A DNA stretch of 59,331 nt from the NCBI GenBank assembly GCA_964413825.1, contig CAYPTS010000002.1, positions 1 to 59,331 of the forward strand. Reading direction: 5' to 3'. The position numbers and the translations under genes are program-made. Source of the DNA: an uncultured bacterium. Its GTDB lineage: Bacteria > Ratteibacteria > UBA8468 > B48-G9 > JAFGKM01. This document shows positions 17,096 through 25,673 of the stretch, piece by piece; positions within the stretch are counted from its first letter, which is position 1, and each line of letters begins with the position of its first letter. The notes beneath the pieces are model-generated. The model worked only from the letters and a program-made list of their open reading frames with translations. It was not told where the DNA came from and did no database searches.

Positions 17096-17380
17096 TAGCA
17101 ATCTTCTTTGAAAAGAGGGAGTTGAAGGGAGCGAAGATGTTCGGCTCCGATGAATAAGAGGAGCCATGCGGGTGGCCTACCCGAGCAGTATCGGGATGCG
17201 AGGGAGCCAACTCCCTCCTCCGGCATAGCAATCTTCTTTGAAAAGAGGGAGTTGAAGGGAGCGAAGATGTTCGGCTCCGATGAATAAGAGGAGCCATGCG
17301 GGTGGCCTACCCGAGCAGTATCGGGATGCGAGGGAGCCAACTCCCTCCTCCGGCATAGCAATCTTCTTTGAAAAGAGGGA
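17070..17380 (+). repeat. 130-bp perfect tandem array (2 full units plus about 25 nt) seeded in the T-arm and acceptor 3' end of tRNA-Leu
   Basis: Units 17096-17225 and 17226-17355 are identical by eye. Each ends GAGGGAGCCAACTCCCTCCTCCGGCA, mimicking the tRNA end GAGGGTTCAACTCCCTCCTCCGGCA. A third partial unit runs to about 17380. Confidence 0.95.
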
Positions 17381-17409
17381 AAGGCAATAATGAAAGGATA
17401 GGGATAAAA

Positions 17410-17697
17410 ATGATAAAGAAGGATATTGTAGAGGAAGTGGCGGGGAAAACAGGGCTTAACAAGTCCATAGTCAAAGAAATAACCGATAAATTTTTAATGT
17501 CTCTTTCACAGGCGTTTCTGGAAGGAAAGAGGGTTGAGTTGAGGGGGTTCGGAGTTTTTGACGTGAAGAAGGTCAAACCAAAAAAAGGCAGGAATCCAAA
17601 AACCGGCGAGGATGTCTTTATTCCTGAGAGAAACAAGGTAGTTTTCAAGGTCACGAAATTGTATAAAAAGGGGAGGAAAAACGATGAACTGTTCTAA
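17410..17697 (+). CDS. HU/IHF family DNA-binding protein
   Basis: MIKKDIVEEVAGKTGLNKS..VELRGFGVFDVKK..KGRNPKTGEDV.IP....VFK. Confidence 0.85.
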   Translation: MIKKDIVEEVAGKTGLNKSIVKEITDKFLMSLSQAFLEGKRVELRGFGVFDVKKVKPKKGRNPKTGEDVFIPERNKVVFKVTKLYKKGRKNDELF

Positions 17698-17818
17698 ATG
17701 CCTGTTTTTAATCCTGCTGATGCTTATATTGCTTTCAATTACTGCGTGTTCTTTTAAAGCGGATTTAAGGAATCCATGGCAGAGCAAAATCAAGGATAGC
17801 CCTTCGCATAGAGGGTAA
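17684..17818 (+). CDS. Possible 44-aa lipoprotein (below the ORF-track size cutoff)
   Basis: GGGAGG lies 7 nt upstream of the ATG at 17684. MNCSKCLFLILLMLILLSITAC.. is a signal peptide with a lipobox-like ITAC. Overlaps the end of the HU/IHF gene. Confidence 0.3.
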   Translation: MNCSKCLFLILLMLILLSITACSFKADLRNPWQSKIKDSPSHRG

Positions 17819-17883
17819 CAATCTGATAATTTCAATATTAAAAAGACCGGGAGAAAAAAATGCTTTCGTGTCTTTTTTCATAA

Positions 17884-18165
17884 TTAACGTTCAATTTCAA
17901 ACGGTATTTCGGATACGTAGGTTGGTTTATAAACGTTAATGTATTCGTTGAGTTTATTCGGCGTCGGTCCTCCCGTTGTCTTCTGCCATTGTCCGACCAC
18001 GTAGTAATAATATGCTCCAAGGCCAAAAAGGATTAGGGACAGTATAAAAAATACGATGCCTTTCTTTTTATTGATTTCGGAAATCATCATTGAGAGAAAA
18101 AATCCCAAAAAACTTATTCCTATTACTACCAGTGCTGTCAGATATCCTGTTTCAAATTCCATCAT
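17884..18165 (-). CDS. Small two-TM membrane protein downstream of tsf
   Basis: 93 aa with two hydrophobic helices. Same strand as rpsB-tsf and 33 nt downstream of them. Confidence 0.45.
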   Translation of the reverse strand: MMEFETGYLTALVVIGISFLGFFLSMMISEINKKKGIVFFILSLILFGLGAYYYYVVGQWQKTTGGPTPNKLNEYINVYKPTYVSEIPFEIER

Positions 18166-18198
18166 TCCTCCCGGTTATGTGTATGCTTAAAGGTTATT

Positions 18199-18786
18199 TT
18201 ACCCTCCGAGTTCAAATTTTACAAATCTTTTTATTTTTATATTTTCACCGAGTTTTGCTATTTTCGATTCGACGTATTCCTTTATGGTCATATTTTCGTC
18301 TTTGATAAAAATCTGCTCCATCAGGACGTTTTGCTTGTAGAAATCCTGAAGTTTGCCGTCCACTATCTTTTCGACTACTGCAGGAGGTTTGTTTTTGAAC
18401 TGCTCCTTGAATATCTCTTTTTCCTGGGCTAAAACGTCCTCCGGTACGGAATCTTTGTCAATCCACTGCGGGTCAGCTGCGGTAATCTGCAGTGTGAGGT
18501 TTTTTACCAGTTCTTTAAACTCTTCATTCCTTGCCACGAAATCGCTCTCGGAATTGACCTCTATCAGAACCCCTATTTTTCCGTTTGTATGAACGTAGGA
18601 ACCGATAAGCCCTTCTTTTGTTTCTCTCTGGGATTTTTTCTGGGAGATAAGCAATCCTCTTTTTTTCAATATTATAAGCGCTTTTTCAATGTTGCCTTCC
18701 GATTCCTCAAGCGCTTTCTTGCATTCGATAACGCTTGCCGACGTTTTATCCCGTACTTCTTTCACAACAGATACGTCAACCTTCAT
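18199..18786 (-). CDS. tsf: Translation elongation factor Ts (short form)
   Basis: VKEVRDKTSASVIECKKALEESEGNIEKA and ..GKIGVLIEVNSESDFVARNEEF. Start at MKVDVS; the upstream part of the tracked ORF overlaps rpsB. Confidence 0.9.
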   Translation of the reverse strand: MKVDVSVVKEVRDKTSASVIECKKALEESEGNIEKALIILKKRGLLISQKKSQRETKEGLIGSYVHTNGKIGVLIEVNSESDFVARNEEFKELVKNLTLQITAADPQWIDKDSVPEDVLAQEKEIFKEQFKNKPPAVVEKIVDGKLQDFYKQNVLMEQIFIKDENMTIKEYVESKIAKLGENIKIKRFVKFELGG

Positions 18787-19633
18787 TTTTTTCAGCCTCC
18801 TCATTGTCTTCTGCGGTTTTTCCCTTTTCCTGTTCTTCTTTTTTTCTGCCGGAACGGGCTTTCTTGTCCGATTCCTCGGGTTTCTCTCCCGCTGACTCTT
18901 CCTGCGCGGGAGTTTCTTCCTTGCGTCCCTGTCCCTGTACCGGATATTCCGAAGCCATCGCATTGCCTTCAACGACGCACTCCGCAAGTTTGGAAAGAAT
19001 CAGACTCACGGATTTGAGCCCGTCGTCGTTTGCGGGTATCGGGTAATCGAGAAGTTCGGGATTGCTGTTGGTATCCACTATGCCTACGATTTTGAGCCCA
19101 ATCTTTTTTGCTTCCCTTATGATGTTGATTTCTTTCCTGACATCAACAACGACGAGAATATCGGGATGCTTTGTCATGTGGCGTATTCCCGCAAACTTTT
19201 TGAGGAGATTTTCCTTTTCTTTAAGCATCAGCGACGCTTCCTTCTTTGTATACAGGGAGAGCTTGCCGCTGTTTTCAAGTTCTTCTATTTCTTCAAGCCG
19301 CATTATCCGCTTTCTTATCTCTCCGAAGTTTGTAAGCGTTCCGCCTATCCATCTGTAATCCACGTAAGCCATCCCTGACCTTTCCGCCGCTTCTTTTATT
19401 GGTGCCTGCGCCTGTTTTTTCGTTCCGACAAACAGGATGGCTTTTTTTGCGGCCGCGGATTTTTTCAGGAATTCCCCGGCTTCTTTTATTTTTTCAAGGC
19501 TTTTCTCGATATCTATTATATAAATGCCCTGCCGTTTTCCATAAAGGAATTGTTTTATGCGGGGGTCAAACTGTCTTGTCGGATGTCCAAAGTATACGCC
19601 GCTTTCCAAAAGTTCTTTTATTGTAACTTCCAT
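18776..19633 (-). CDS. rpsB: 30S ribosomal protein S2 with a roughly 55-aa charged C-terminal tail
   Basis: LLESGVYFGHPTRQFDPR and ..VDTNSNPELLDYPIPANDD.. Tail is rich in E/K (..EETPAQEESAGEKPEESDKK..). Confidence 0.95.
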   Translation of the reverse strand: MEVTIKELLESGVYFGHPTRQFDPRIKQFLYGKRQGIYIIDIEKSLEKIKEAGEFLKKSAAAKKAILFVGTKKQAQAPIKEAAERSGMAYVDYRWIGGTLTNFGEIRKRIMRLEEIEELENSGKLSLYTKKEASLMLKEKENLLKKFAGIRHMTKHPDILVVVDVRKEINIIREAKKIGLKIVGIVDTNSNPELLDYPIPANDDGLKSVSLILSKLAECVVEGNAMASEYPVQGQGRKEETPAQEESAGEKPEESDKKARSGRKKEEQEKGKTAEDNEEAEKNEG

Positions 19634-19752
19634 TTTTCCCTTTCTCTTTTTTGTTGTGTTGAAGCGTTTTCAGTTCACGAGCTAATGCATATATTTTACC
19701 CGAATTAGTTTTTGTGTCAAATTAAAGTTGATATTATACCAGAAAAAATTAT

Positions 19753-19873
19753 AAAATCAAATAGCAGAAAAAAGTCAGCCGGGATAAACTGGGGGGGAGC
19801 AGAGAAACAGAAGAAGAGAAAAGCATTTCCGAATCTCTAATCTCTGCTTTTAAAGAGTTCGGGATAAAGGAGG
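19753..19873 (+). repeat. Leader-element type B, copy 3 (partial, upstream of the CBS gene)
   Basis: AAAATCAAATAGCAG.. then AGAGAAAAGCATTTCCGAATCTCTAATCTCTGCTTTTAAAGAGTTCGGGATAAAGGAGG, matching the 3' half of copy 2. Confidence 0.75.
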
Positions 19874-19876
19874 CGT

Positions 19877-20332
19877 ATGAAAACGGTAAAAGATTTTATG
19901 GTGAAGGAAATACCGGTTCTCAATGAACAGCAGACAATCGGGAACATACTAAAAATTTTTGCCGGTTCTCATAATAACATTTTGCCGGTTGTTAACAGCG
20001 CCGGAAAAATAACGGGACTGATAAGCTTGGAAGAACTGTTTGACGACCTTCTGTTTTCAAGGGAGGAGGTTGCGCTTCTTGAAAAAGTTTCTTTTCTTGC
20101 GGATTTTCTTACAGATGCCGTTGAAAACGTTGATTATATTTCACCTTTGGTAGTTGCAAAAGACATAATGCAGACCACGGTGTTTTCCATAAAGGAAAGT
20201 GAATCGATGCTCAAGGCAGCAGTTCTTATGAAAAAGAAAAACATCCACCGCCTGATAGTAATAAATGCGGATAACGTCCCTACGGGATATGTTTCCAGAA
20301 ACGAGGTGTGCAGAGCTTTTCTGACTGACTGA
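19877..20332 (+). CDS. CBS-domain pair protein
   Basis: Two CBS-like modules (VKDFM...IPVL......ILPVVN..GK.TGLIS and AKDIM...VFSI........HRLIVIN). Confidence 0.8.
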   Translation: MKTVKDFMVKEIPVLNEQQTIGNILKIFAGSHNNILPVVNSAGKITGLISLEELFDDLLFSREEVALLEKVSFLADFLTDAVENVDYISPLVVAKDIMQTTVFSIKESESMLKAAVLMKKKNIHRLIVINADNVPTGYVSRNEVCRAFLTD

Positions 20333-20342
20333 CAGGATAAAA

Positions 20343-21647
20343 ATGGATATAAAAGCGTTAATCAGCATCGCTGTATTTTTCCTGTGCTATTTTTTTATCG
20401 CCGCAGAACGGTCCCCGCGGGTTTACATTGCTCTCTCGGGCACTGTCCTGCTTATTTTGTTTAAGGTGTATACGCCGAAAGAGGTTGCCCTGTACGTTGA
20501 CTGGGAAACCATAGGTTTTCTTTTCGGGATTTTCATTACCATTAAGATTATCGAGGAATCCGGCTTCTTTAACTATTTTTCACTTCTGCTTGCCAGAAAA
20601 CTGGGTTTTAACCCTGTAAAAATATTTATATTTTTTCCTTTGATGGCTTGTTTTTTGTCGGGCTTCATTGATTCCATAAGCGTTATAGTGTTTCTCGTGC
20701 CTCTTACCTATGCCTTGAGCAAAATTCTCAAATTCGACCCGGTTCCCTTCGTGATTGCGGAAGTCTGTCTTGCCAATATCGGCGGAGCCGGAACGCTTAT
20801 GGGCGACCCGCCCAACGTGGTGCTTGGCTCCATGTTCGACCTCGGGTTTACCGATTTTGTAAAGCATAACTGGATTTTGAGCATGTCCGGCGCCTGCGCG
20901 GCGATATTCGTGTTTTACAGGATGCACAGGAAAGACTTGCTAAAACTGAATCAAAAAATAAAAAAAGAGGAACTCAAAAAACTCGTGCCCGAAGAAGCCA
21001 TAGAAGACAGGCTTTTAATGAGGGTGGGACTGACCGGGCTTCTTGCAACCGTAGTTTTACTGGTCATGAGGGATTTCACCGAAGAAATTCTGCCTCTGAA
21101 CATAGCGCTGGCAAGCCTTGTCCCTGCTTTTACCATCCTTTCTGCCAGAGGCAACAATCCAAAACTTAAAAATATTCTTAAACAGATAGATATTGAGACT
21201 CTGATGTTTTTGACGGGATTGTTCGTCCTGGTGGGAGCGCTTGAGAAAACCGGTGTCATGAGCATGCTTGCATCCGTCGTGAGCGGTTTTGCCGTGCATC
21301 CCATGAAAATGGCCGGTGTGCTTTTCTGGGGCGGCGCCGTTTCCAGCGGTTTTATAGACAACGTTCCGGAAGCCATAAGCATAGGGTATCTTATCAAAAA
21401 TCTGATGCCGGTATTAAGTTATTCTTTTACCCTGCTCATATGGGCGGCAAGCCTCGGCCTCGACATAGGCGGAAATTTCACGCCGATAGGGGCAAGCGCG
21501 AACGTAGTCGGTTATACGTTCATGGAAACCCACCGCGTAAAAATTGGATGGGTCAGGTGGGCCAAAATTGCCGTCTTGCCCACGCTGGCGGCGCTGGCAG
21601 TCTGCTGGGCAGGCCTAATTATAAAATACCGCCTTGGATTTTATTAA
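20343..21647 (+). CDS. ArsB/NhaD (CitMHS/SLC13-like) family anion permease
   Basis: About 12 predicted TM segments. ..VDWETIGFLFG.F.. and ..ANIGGAGTLMGDPPN.. are motifs typical of the family. Confidence 0.8.
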   Translation: MDIKALISIAVFFLCYFFIAAERSPRVYIALSGTVLLILFKVYTPKEVALYVDWETIGFLFGIFITIKIIEESGFFNYFSLLLARKLGFNPVKIFIFFPLMACFLSGFIDSISVIVFLVPLTYALSKILKFDPVPFVIAEVCLANIGGAGTLMGDPPNVVLGSMFDLGFTDFVKHNWILSMSGACAAIFVFYRMHRKDLLKLNQKIKKEELKKLVPEEAIEDRLLMRVGLTGLLATVVLLVMRDFTEEILPLNIALASLVPAFTILSARGNNPKLKNILKQIDIETLMFLTGLFVLVGALEKTGVMSMLASVVSGFAVHPMKMAGVLFWGGAVSSGFIDNVPEAISIGYLIKNLMPVLSYSFTLLIWAASLGLDIGGNFTPIGASANVVGYTFMETHRVKIGWVRWAKIAVLPTLAALAVCWAGLIIKYRLGFY

Positions 21648-22172
21648 TGCGGCCGCCAGCAGAAACAACACTATCATCCAGTTGACATATTCCCTGTTCA
21701 GATTTACCCTGCGCCATGAGAAATTTTTCAGGTTTACCTTTCGAATGCCGGGGATAATCATGGGCGTTTGTTTCCTGTACAGAAGATATTTGTCGCCGAA
21801 TTTCTCCGACAGGAACCGTTCCTCTGAAAACATCGTGGGAATGTACGTCAAAGGGAAGAAAACGAGGAAATAAATAAGAACGAATACGCTGTTTGAAACA
21901 ATAACAAGACCTGCCGATACGAGAAAACTTCCAAGATAGAGCGGGTGCCTGCACATGCCGTAGGGTCCGGTATCGGTAAGAATTTCATTCTTTTTGATTA
22001 TGCCAGATGACAGCACCCTTAGTAAAAGGCCTGCCGCAATGAAAGGAACTCCGGCAAGCACCATGGACGGCGTGCCTTTTCCGAGGACGAGAACAAGCAG
22101 AAAAAAAATCCAGTTGAATGTCGTGCGTTTTTCAGCAATTTTCAGAATGATACCAGTTCTATTTTTCCCCAT
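21615..22172 (-). CDS. Isoprenylcysteine carboxyl methyltransferase/PEMT-like membrane methyltransferase
   Basis: ..LTDTGPYGMCRHPLYLGSFL.. motif and multiple TM segments. Confidence 0.75.
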   Translation of the reverse strand: MGKNRTGIILKIAEKRTTFNWIFFLLVLVLGKGTPSMVLAGVPFIAAGLLLRVLSSGIIKKNEILTDTGPYGMCRHPLYLGSFLVSAGLVIVSNSVFVLIYFLVFFPLTYIPTMFSEERFLSEKFGDKYLLYRKQTPMIIPGIRKVNLKNFSWRRVNLNREYVNWMIVLFLLAAALIKSKAVFYN

Positions 22173-22882
22173 GCGAAGATTTCCTTTCCCCTTATTATGA
22201 GCACGCCTTCTATGAAAGGGAACTTTTCAATTTTCTTTTCAATGAGTTCCCGGTCGATTTTTGCTCCATTAACGAGATTTCCGAAGTATGTTGCAGAGCC
22301 GTCGGAAAAAGCCGCAGAACCCGAAACGACGGTTACCGCATCGGCGTTTCCGTAACTGAAAGAGTGTCCGACCGTACCGCTGGATGTGGCAATTCCCACA
22401 GGCAGATTTCCGCCGGGGAGTTTCAGTCCGAGCTTGAATGACAGGGGGGAATCCCCTGCGTAGATACCTACGTTAAAATTTCCGTTTATCCTTGCGAAAA
22501 CATCCCCGCCGTTTTCAATAAAAACCTGTTTTGCGGAAGACAGGATTTTTCTGCCGGTAATTTCCGCTATCGCTCCCGCGACCGAGGCCATCGGGCCGGT
22601 GTCCGTCATCCTTGCGGAATCGCACATGAGTTTTATTATTTCCTCGTTTCCGCGGCAGTTTACCGGGGAAAACGAAGTATAGAACTCCGGATGCCGCCGG
22701 ATGTAGGCTTTTATGATTTCCCGCTGGTTCTTCACTTCCTCCTCAACTTCTTTTTTGAGAAGTTTGTCAGCCATGACAAAGAGGTCGGTTTCCTCGATTC
22801 TGACCTGGAATTTTTTAAACCCCTTAATATTCAAGGTTTTCCGGTAGAACCTTTCCCTGACGATATTTTTTTCGCTATTCAT
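22142..22882 (-). CDS. UPF0280 (ApbE-like superfamily) protein
   Basis: RERFYRK....F.V.IEETDLFV and TGPMASVAGAIAE. Start at MNSEKN. Confidence 0.65.
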   Translation of the reverse strand: MNSEKNIVRERFYRKTLNIKGFKKFQVRIEETDLFVMADKLLKKEVEEEVKNQREIIKAYIRRHPEFYTSFSPVNCRGNEEIIKLMCDSARMTDTGPMASVAGAIAEITGRKILSSAKQVFIENGGDVFARINGNFNVGIYAGDSPLSFKLGLKLPGGNLPVGIATSSGTVGHSFSYGNADAVTVVSGSAAFSDGSATYFGNLVNGAKIDRELIEKKIEKFPFIEGVLIIRGKEIFAWGKIELVSF

Positions 22883-23052
22883 AAATCCCGCCGTTTTTAT
22901 TATAACACAGACTGATTTTTTGTTGCATGGAACCGGCAAATGCTGTAAACTATACCAAAATCTTCAATCGCTCACTATAAAAGGAAGTGAGACGTGAAAA
23001 GCAGAAGCATTTACATTTCACATTTCACGCTTTTTGAGAGAAGGGGGTTATT

Positions 23053-24423
23053 ATGGGGTATATGTGGGCAGGCAGGTTCAAGGGCAGTGTGGACGAAAGG
23101 GTTATTGAGTTTACCTCGTCGCTCAATGTTGACGTGAAGCTTGCTCTGTATGACGTTGCGGGAAGCATTGCTCATGCGAAAATGCTTGCAAAGTGCGGGA
23201 TTATAAGCGTCGCCGCCGGAAAAAAAATAGCGGCCGGACTTAAGAAAATTGAAAAGGAACTTGAAAACGGCAGGTTTGTTTTTAAGAAATCCGACGAAGA
23301 CATACATACCGCCGTCGAGCGGCGTCTGACAGAACTTGCAGGGAAAGACGGGGAGCGTCTGCATACCGCACGTTCGAGAAACGACCAGATAGTGCTTGAT
23401 GAAAGGCTCTTTCTGAAGGATGCGGTAAAAGAACTGATTGCGGGGATTATTGACCTGCAAAGGGCAATGGTTTCCAAAAGCGGGGAGGTTTTCCCCGCGG
23501 TTATGCCTGCTTACACGCATCTTCAGCAGAGCCAGCCGGTACTTCTTTCCCACTATTTTCTTGCTTACGTGGAAATGCTGGAAAGGGACAAGCAGAGGCT
23601 GGCGGATGCGTACGCAAGAGTGGATGTTTTGCCTGCCGGCGCCTGCGCCTGCTGCGGCACGTCTTTGGGGATTGACAGACAGTATATGGCGGATTTGCTC
23701 GGCTTTTCCGCAGTATCGGGAAACAGCCTGGATACCGTCGCCTCTCGGGATTTTCTTGTCGAACCTGCGGCAGACTGCGTTATGTTGATGCTGAACCTGT
23801 CGAGATTTTGCGAGGATTTGATTATATGGAGCACGTCTGAGTTTAATTTTGCCGAACTTCCGGACGCATACTGTACGGGTTCGAGTATAATGCCGCAGAA
23901 AAAGAATCCCGACGTCCTTGAACTGATAAGGGGGAGGGCGTCCTTATCCCTCGGTTTGTTTACGGGACTTGCGGGTTTGTTGAAAGGACTGCCGCTTGCC
24001 TACAACAGGGATATGCAGGAAGACAAACGGGCGATTTTTGGTATATTGGAAGACGCTCTTTCTTCCGTGAACGTGCTTTCCGGACTTGTTCAGGGGATTG
24101 TTTTTGACAGGAGCAGAATGGAAAAAGCGCTTTCGGAATTCACGCTGGCAACCGACATAGCCGAGTATCTTGTGAGGAAAAACGTTCCTTTCCGCGAATC
24201 CCACAAAATCTGCGGCGCAATAGTGCGCTACTGCATGGAAAAAAACAGGAATTTGCGGTCTCTCGGCATGAAGGAATGGAAAAGTTTTTCGCCAGAGTTT
24301 TCAGAGGACGTAAAAAACGTTTTAAGTTTCGAATGCTCGGCCAGGTCCAGGTCGTCGGCAGGAGGAACCGCTCACGGACAGGTTAAAAAGGAGATAACCA
24401 GATGGAAGAAGGCATTGAAGTGA
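23053..24423 (+). CDS. argH: Argininosuccinate lyase
   Basis: MWAGRF....D..V..F..S...D..L...D...SIAHAKML, HTARSRNDQ and GSSIMPQKKNPD. Confidence 0.95.
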   Translation: MGYMWAGRFKGSVDERVIEFTSSLNVDVKLALYDVAGSIAHAKMLAKCGIISVAAGKKIAAGLKKIEKELENGRFVFKKSDEDIHTAVERRLTELAGKDGERLHTARSRNDQIVLDERLFLKDAVKELIAGIIDLQRAMVSKSGEVFPAVMPAYTHLQQSQPVLLSHYFLAYVEMLERDKQRLADAYARVDVLPAGACACCGTSLGIDRQYMADLLGFSAVSGNSLDTVASRDFLVEPAADCVMLMLNLSRFCEDLIIWSTSEFNFAELPDAYCTGSSIMPQKKNPDVLELIRGRASLSLGLFTGLAGLLKGLPLAYNRDMQEDKRAIFGILEDALSSVNVLSGLVQGIVFDRSRMEKALSEFTLATDIAEYLVRKNVPFRESHKICGAIVRYCMEKNRNLRSLGMKEWKSFSPEFSEDVKNVLSFECSARSRSSAGGTAHGQVKKEITRWKKALK

Positions 24424-25673
24424 TTTTTGAAGATTTTTTCAAATACAAAAGGGGAGTTTTTCATGCGGAAAGCAGGTCGTTGAAGGATATCGCAGGTAAA
24501 TACGGCACGCCTTGCTACGTTTACAGCAGGAATTATCTGCTGTCGAGGATAAACGGTTTCCGCGATGCTTTCAAAGAAGCTTCTCCGCTTGTCTGTTATT
24601 CCGTCAAGGCGAATTCCAACATGTCCATACTCCGGATGATGAAGGAAAACGGGTTCGGCGCCGATGTGGTATCCGGAGGCGAACTGCGCAGGGCACTGCT
24701 CGCCGGATTTAATCCGGGCAAGATAGTTTTTGCGGGAGTGGGAAAGAAGGAAGAAGAAATTGAACTGGGCGTGAGAAAAAAAATATTCTGCTTCAACGTT
24801 GAAAACGAAGAAGAACCCGGTCTGATAGAGAGATACGGCAAAAAATATAAAAGAAAAGTTTTGTGCAGCATCAGATTGAACCTCGACATAGACGTTGATA
24901 CGCATCACTACGTGAAAACTTCAAAGAAAGAGACCAAGTTCGGTCTGGACGTACGCACGGCGGCCGAGATTATTAAAAAATATCGTAAGAGCGGGTACAT
25001 TGACATAAGAGGTTTTCATCTGCACCTCGGTTCCCAGTTGAAGGATGTTTCTCCCTATCTCGAAGCGCTGGAGAAAGTGAAACGGTTTTCCGTTGAGAGG
25101 GGATTCAATCCGGAAGTGGTAGATATGGGCGGCGGATTCGGCATTCCTTATTCCCTTTCCGACATTGTGAAAGATATTGAGTATTTCGGCGGGCCCATAG
25201 CAAAAAAGATAAATGAAATGAGAGTTAAAACGCTCATTCTCGAACCCGGCAGATATATCGTCGGCAATAGTGCCGTTTTAATCGCAAGAGTGCTCTACGT
25301 GAAAAAGAGGGACGGGAAGAATTTTGTCATCACGGATGCCGGAATGAACGACCTGATACGTCCTTCGTTTTACGGCAGTCATCATACGGTCCTGCCTGTA
25401 GCGAAGCCCGGCGGCAGTAAAAATATGATGAAAGCGGACATTGTGGGTCCCATATGCGAGACCGGAGATTACCTCGGCAAGGATGTGGAGGTGCCGGAGT
25501 CTGTTAAAAAAGGCGACCTGCTTATCATAGCAAGCGCAGGCGCATACTGTTTCAGTATGTCTTCCAATTACAACAGCCGGCCGCGTCCCTGCGAGGTTAT
25601 GGTTGACGGCGAAAAGGTTTCTGTCATACAAAAAAGGGAGACGTATTCAGATTTATGGAAGGGCGAAATTTGA
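24402..25673 (+). CDS. lysA: Diaminopimelate decarboxylase
   Basis: YGTPCYVYS, YSVKANSN, DVVSGGEL, GGGFGIPY and EPGR. Confidence 0.93.
   Translation: MEEGIEVIFEDFFKYKRGVFHAESRSLKDIAGKYGTPCYVYSRNYLLSRINGFRDAFKEASPLVCYSVKANSNMSILRMMKENGFGADVVSGGELRRALLAGFNPGKIVFAGVGKKEEEIELGVRKKIFCFNVENEEEPGLIERYGKKYKRKVLCSIRLNLDIDVDTHHYVKTSKKETKFGLDVRTAAEIIKKYRKSGYIDIRGFHLHLGSQLKDVSPYLEALEKVKRFSVERGFNPEVVDMGGGFGIPYSLSDIVKDIEYFGGPIAKKINEMRVKTLILEPGRYIVGNSAVLIARVLYVKKRDGKNFVITDAGMNDLIRPSFYGSHHTVLPVAKPGGSKNMMKADIVGPICETGDYLGKDVEVPESVKKGDLLIIASAGAYCFSMSSNYNSRPRPCEVMVDGEKVSVIQKRETYSDLWKGEI

Noticed and set aside
16995-17361. Two about 95-100-aa minus-strand ORFs with internally repeated peptide sequence
   Set aside because: They exist only because the 130-bp tandem array happens to be open in that frame. 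They also overlap the tRNA gene.
17070-17380. Possible CRISPR array or additional tRNA genes in the tandem units
   Set aside because: There is no repeat-spacer alternation, because the units are contiguous and identical. Each unit has only a T-arm and acceptor-3' mimic, with no acceptor 5' strand, D-arm or 7-nt anticodon loop, so it is not a complete tRNA.
16900-17700. Integrated prophage or genomic island at tRNA-Leu
   Set aside because: No integrase, excisionase or phage-like genes lie on either side. The downstream genes are the HU/IHF-family gene, tsf and rpsB.
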